Below are positions 61,510-64,000 of a stretch of DNA of 64,000 nucleotides, one piece after another. The stretch lies in NCBI GenBank assembly GCA_022813965.1, contig JALDZS010000008.1, forward strand, positions 124,001 to 188,000, in the 5' to 3' direction. The notes beneath the pieces were generated by a model. The model had not been told where the DNA came from. It was given only the letters and a program-made list of their open reading frames with translations, and searched no databases. Source of the DNA: Toensbergia leucococca (lineage: Eukaryota). Both the position numbers and the translations under genes were made by a program. Every line of letters begins with the position of its first letter. Position 1 is the stretch's first letter.

Positions 61510-62533
61510 GATAATTCTGTGGACCTGGCCGGCAACTTTCCGGATTGGATTATGTTCAAGATGAAGGACATAAGACTTTATAGAAGGTGATGCTTTGAGA
61601 AATGGGCTTGAGGGTGTTGACGCTGAGGGTTTTGGAGGTGTTGAATAGAAACGAGCCACGGCAGAAGGGAATGTTGATGCGGTCTGAGCTTGAGGATGTT
61701 GAGAGGCGCACAAGGATATGATATATACTGGGTCTGGTGGGAGGGAGTCATGTCTATGCTATTCACGGAGGCAATCGCTGCAATCTGGGACTCTTGGAGA
61801 GGTTCACTTATTCTAAGGATACTGCAAGCTATGCGTCACGATTCAACACATCTCAGCATCGTCGAAGCATTTGCTTGAAGACCTGACTCTGCTCCCTACT
61901 CCATTGCGTTCATACGTCTTCATACAGGCCTCTAGCAGGGCAATATCAGCGTTGGGGGGAGTCATGGGTATATTAATTCTCAAGGCAACTCGAAAAATGT
62001 GTAGAGAGTTTCTACCAAGAGGATTCAGTCGCTGTGCATAGCGAAAGTGACTGCGGTTGTACTTCCTTATTGTGATCCTGGGAATTTCGGTACAATATCG
62101 TTCATTACCCTCCCTCGGAGAACCCGAGGGATTGGTATGCCGCCTTTACAGCTACAAAGTCATTTAGAAAGTAATACGTTGTAATTCTTCCAAGTCTGAG
62201 TAGAAGTTTACTCTTGCATGACTGGTTCTGACAGTGAATGGACTCAGGGGTTTTCGCGACTCATGCCCTAATTTCCATATTGGGCCTCGGGCGATATCGT
62301 TATCGGGTGGCGTAAGGCTTAGCTTCATCATCGGGCAATCTCGAATCTGATTTGCGGCGTCAAATTGCCCTAATAGGGATATGTACCCAAGAGCAAGGGA
62401 CTAGAACCCTGAACGTCTCCTTCATCAATCCGGGTACCGAGTAACTTGAATGCCAAATTCTTCTTAAGAACGCCGACCACATGCTCCTCTCATAGAATCG
62501 CAGTAGCGCTGCGTCATTGTCAATCAAGTTTAG

Positions 62534-63668
62534 ATGTCAGATTCCGTTGGCAAGTTGTTCCCAGCCCCCAACTTAAACTTGGATGTAGCAAGACGCTGAT
62601 AGCTGGTAACGCATAGATCGAGTGTTTGTCCATGCGCTCAATACTGTCAAGAAGATACCTCGGACGGGCTCTGCCCGCCCTCCGCCCTCCGATCGTCTCA
62701 AGCTATATGGATTGTACAAACAGAGTATGGAAGGGGATGTGGAAGGGGTGATGAGGAGACCTGAGGGTGAAAGGCCGGATGAAGATGCTGAAAAGGAGAA
62801 GTGGTACGACCAAACCATCACAATTGTCTTTACAGTCATGGACAACACCCGCCTCGTCATGGGAAGAAAGCCTCAGTGATCTAGTCCACGTGAAGGCTAA
62901 CAAGACCAAAAACACAGGGACGCTTGGTCGGCCCAACATGGCCTCTCGCGCACGGAAGCAAAGCGCCGTTACATCAGCACTCTCATCGAAACCATGCACC
63001 AATACGCATCTGCGACTTCGGAAGCCCGAGAATTGGTCGCCGAACTGGAATTCGTCTGGGACCAAATTAAGTCAAACTCTATTTCTAGCTCTGGATCCTC
63101 GCCGCCTCAGACCTTGGGTCTCTCGCAACAGCAGCCACCCAGCTATGCAAGCATAGGCCCAGGAAGAGCAACAGAGGCTGAAGGAGGCGGTCTTCGAGTG
63201 ATGAGACCTGTCAGTGAAGGCGACATGGAGGAGGAAGAGGAGGGAGAAGAGTTTGAAGAGGTGAGGGACACAAGACACATGGACGACAACGAAGCTGTGA
63301 CAAGAGGAGATGGCGAGGAAAGACGCATAGACTACGACGTGAGGAATCGCAAATGGAGAAAACGAATAGAACAAGCCCTCGTCAAGATGACCACCGAACT
63401 CGCCGCCTTGCGAGAACAGACGGAAGAAAAGCGGTTCTTTGACGGTCGAAGACATAAAGGCCCACGCGCATGGATTCTATGGCTGCTATGGGTAACTCTC
63501 AGCCACGTCGTTGTCGACAGCGCCATCCTCGGCCTCATGCTGGTCTGGGCGCGCAAGAAGGGAGATCAGAGAGTCGAACAGGGGCTCAGGCTACTGCTGC
63601 AGGTTGCGGCGGAGCAATCTAGGAAATCGAGGCTGGCGCGGCTGCTGAAGTTGCCGGCGAGTACATGA
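62534..63668 (+). CDS. Acyl-CoA-binding domain protein with a coiled coil and C-terminal TM (Atg37/ACBD5-like architecture)
   Basis: MSDSV|DRVFVHALNTVKKIP, LKLYGLYKQSMEGD, EKW|DAW, EAKRRYISTL, C-terminal hydrophobic WILWLLWVTL...ILGLMLVW. Confidence 0.88.
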
Positions 63669-64000
63669 TGTGACGAGAGCGATTGAGCGCGAATGAATAG
63701 GGGACTGCGACGATTATGGGGATAGGGGAATTTTTTTGGTTGGTAGGTCGGATCTTATTACATGGGGCCGGAGTAAGTAGGTAGGAGGGATCTATTACAA
63801 GCATAGCGGGACACTGTTCTTTTCTTGTTCCCTTTTTTTCACATTTCAAGGGCCATTTTATTTAGAACACGATTGTGACAATTGCAAGGCATTTTGATTG
63901 GTGCGTCGTCTTTCTGTGAGTCGCAGCAAGTTCCTTATACAATACGTCCCCAGCGGACCTATTTCACCATCATCGAGTTTTCAAGTTGCTCAACATGGCT

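Noticed and set aside
62101..62139. Small hairpin TCCCTCGG-AGAAC-CCGAGGGA
   Set aside because: An 8-bp stem is expected by chance, and there is no second copy.
1..64000. tRNA, rRNA, snRNA and CRISPR signatures (e.g. GGTTCGA words at ~9355, ~13448, ~51804, ~54546)
   Set aside because: None has a cloverleaf or conserved RNA context, and no repeat-spacer array was seen.

Overview
Gene-dense, intron-containing eukaryotic DNA from a filamentous ascomycete (Pezizomycotina; short GT-AG introns with CTRAC/CTRAT branch sites). Conserved genes in order: YME2, CTF4/sepB, an MMU163-like mitochondrial protein, YHM2, CIT1, NRD1, PMA1, a WD40/DCAF4-like gene, an SDR, RPC2, a PUF4-type Pumilio, an SR-rich protein, CUS1/SF3B2, RSM27, an RNase III, a C-terminal J-domain protein and an ACBP-domain protein. 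Three accessory intervals interrupt this backbone. (i) About 2.9-9.1 kb: a Cys-rich microprotein, a CpG-depleted TIR element, a 160-bp hairpin MITE and an intronless 437-aa orphan. (ii) About 16.7-19.5 kb: a secreted His/Lys/Asp-rich protein between YHM2 and CIT1. (iii) About 30.2-35.7 kb: an arsenite methyltransferase and a frameshifted MFS transporter that share an exact 15-bp promoter word at the same distance from their start codons. A second MITE copy, with matching changes in both stem arms, fills much of the bidirectional promoter of RSM27 and the RNase III gene. Several gene 3' ends show abrupt C-rich to G-rich strand-skew switches. No tRNA, rRNA or CRISPR array was seen. Exon boundaries were read by eye and gene identities come from recognised motifs, not database searches.
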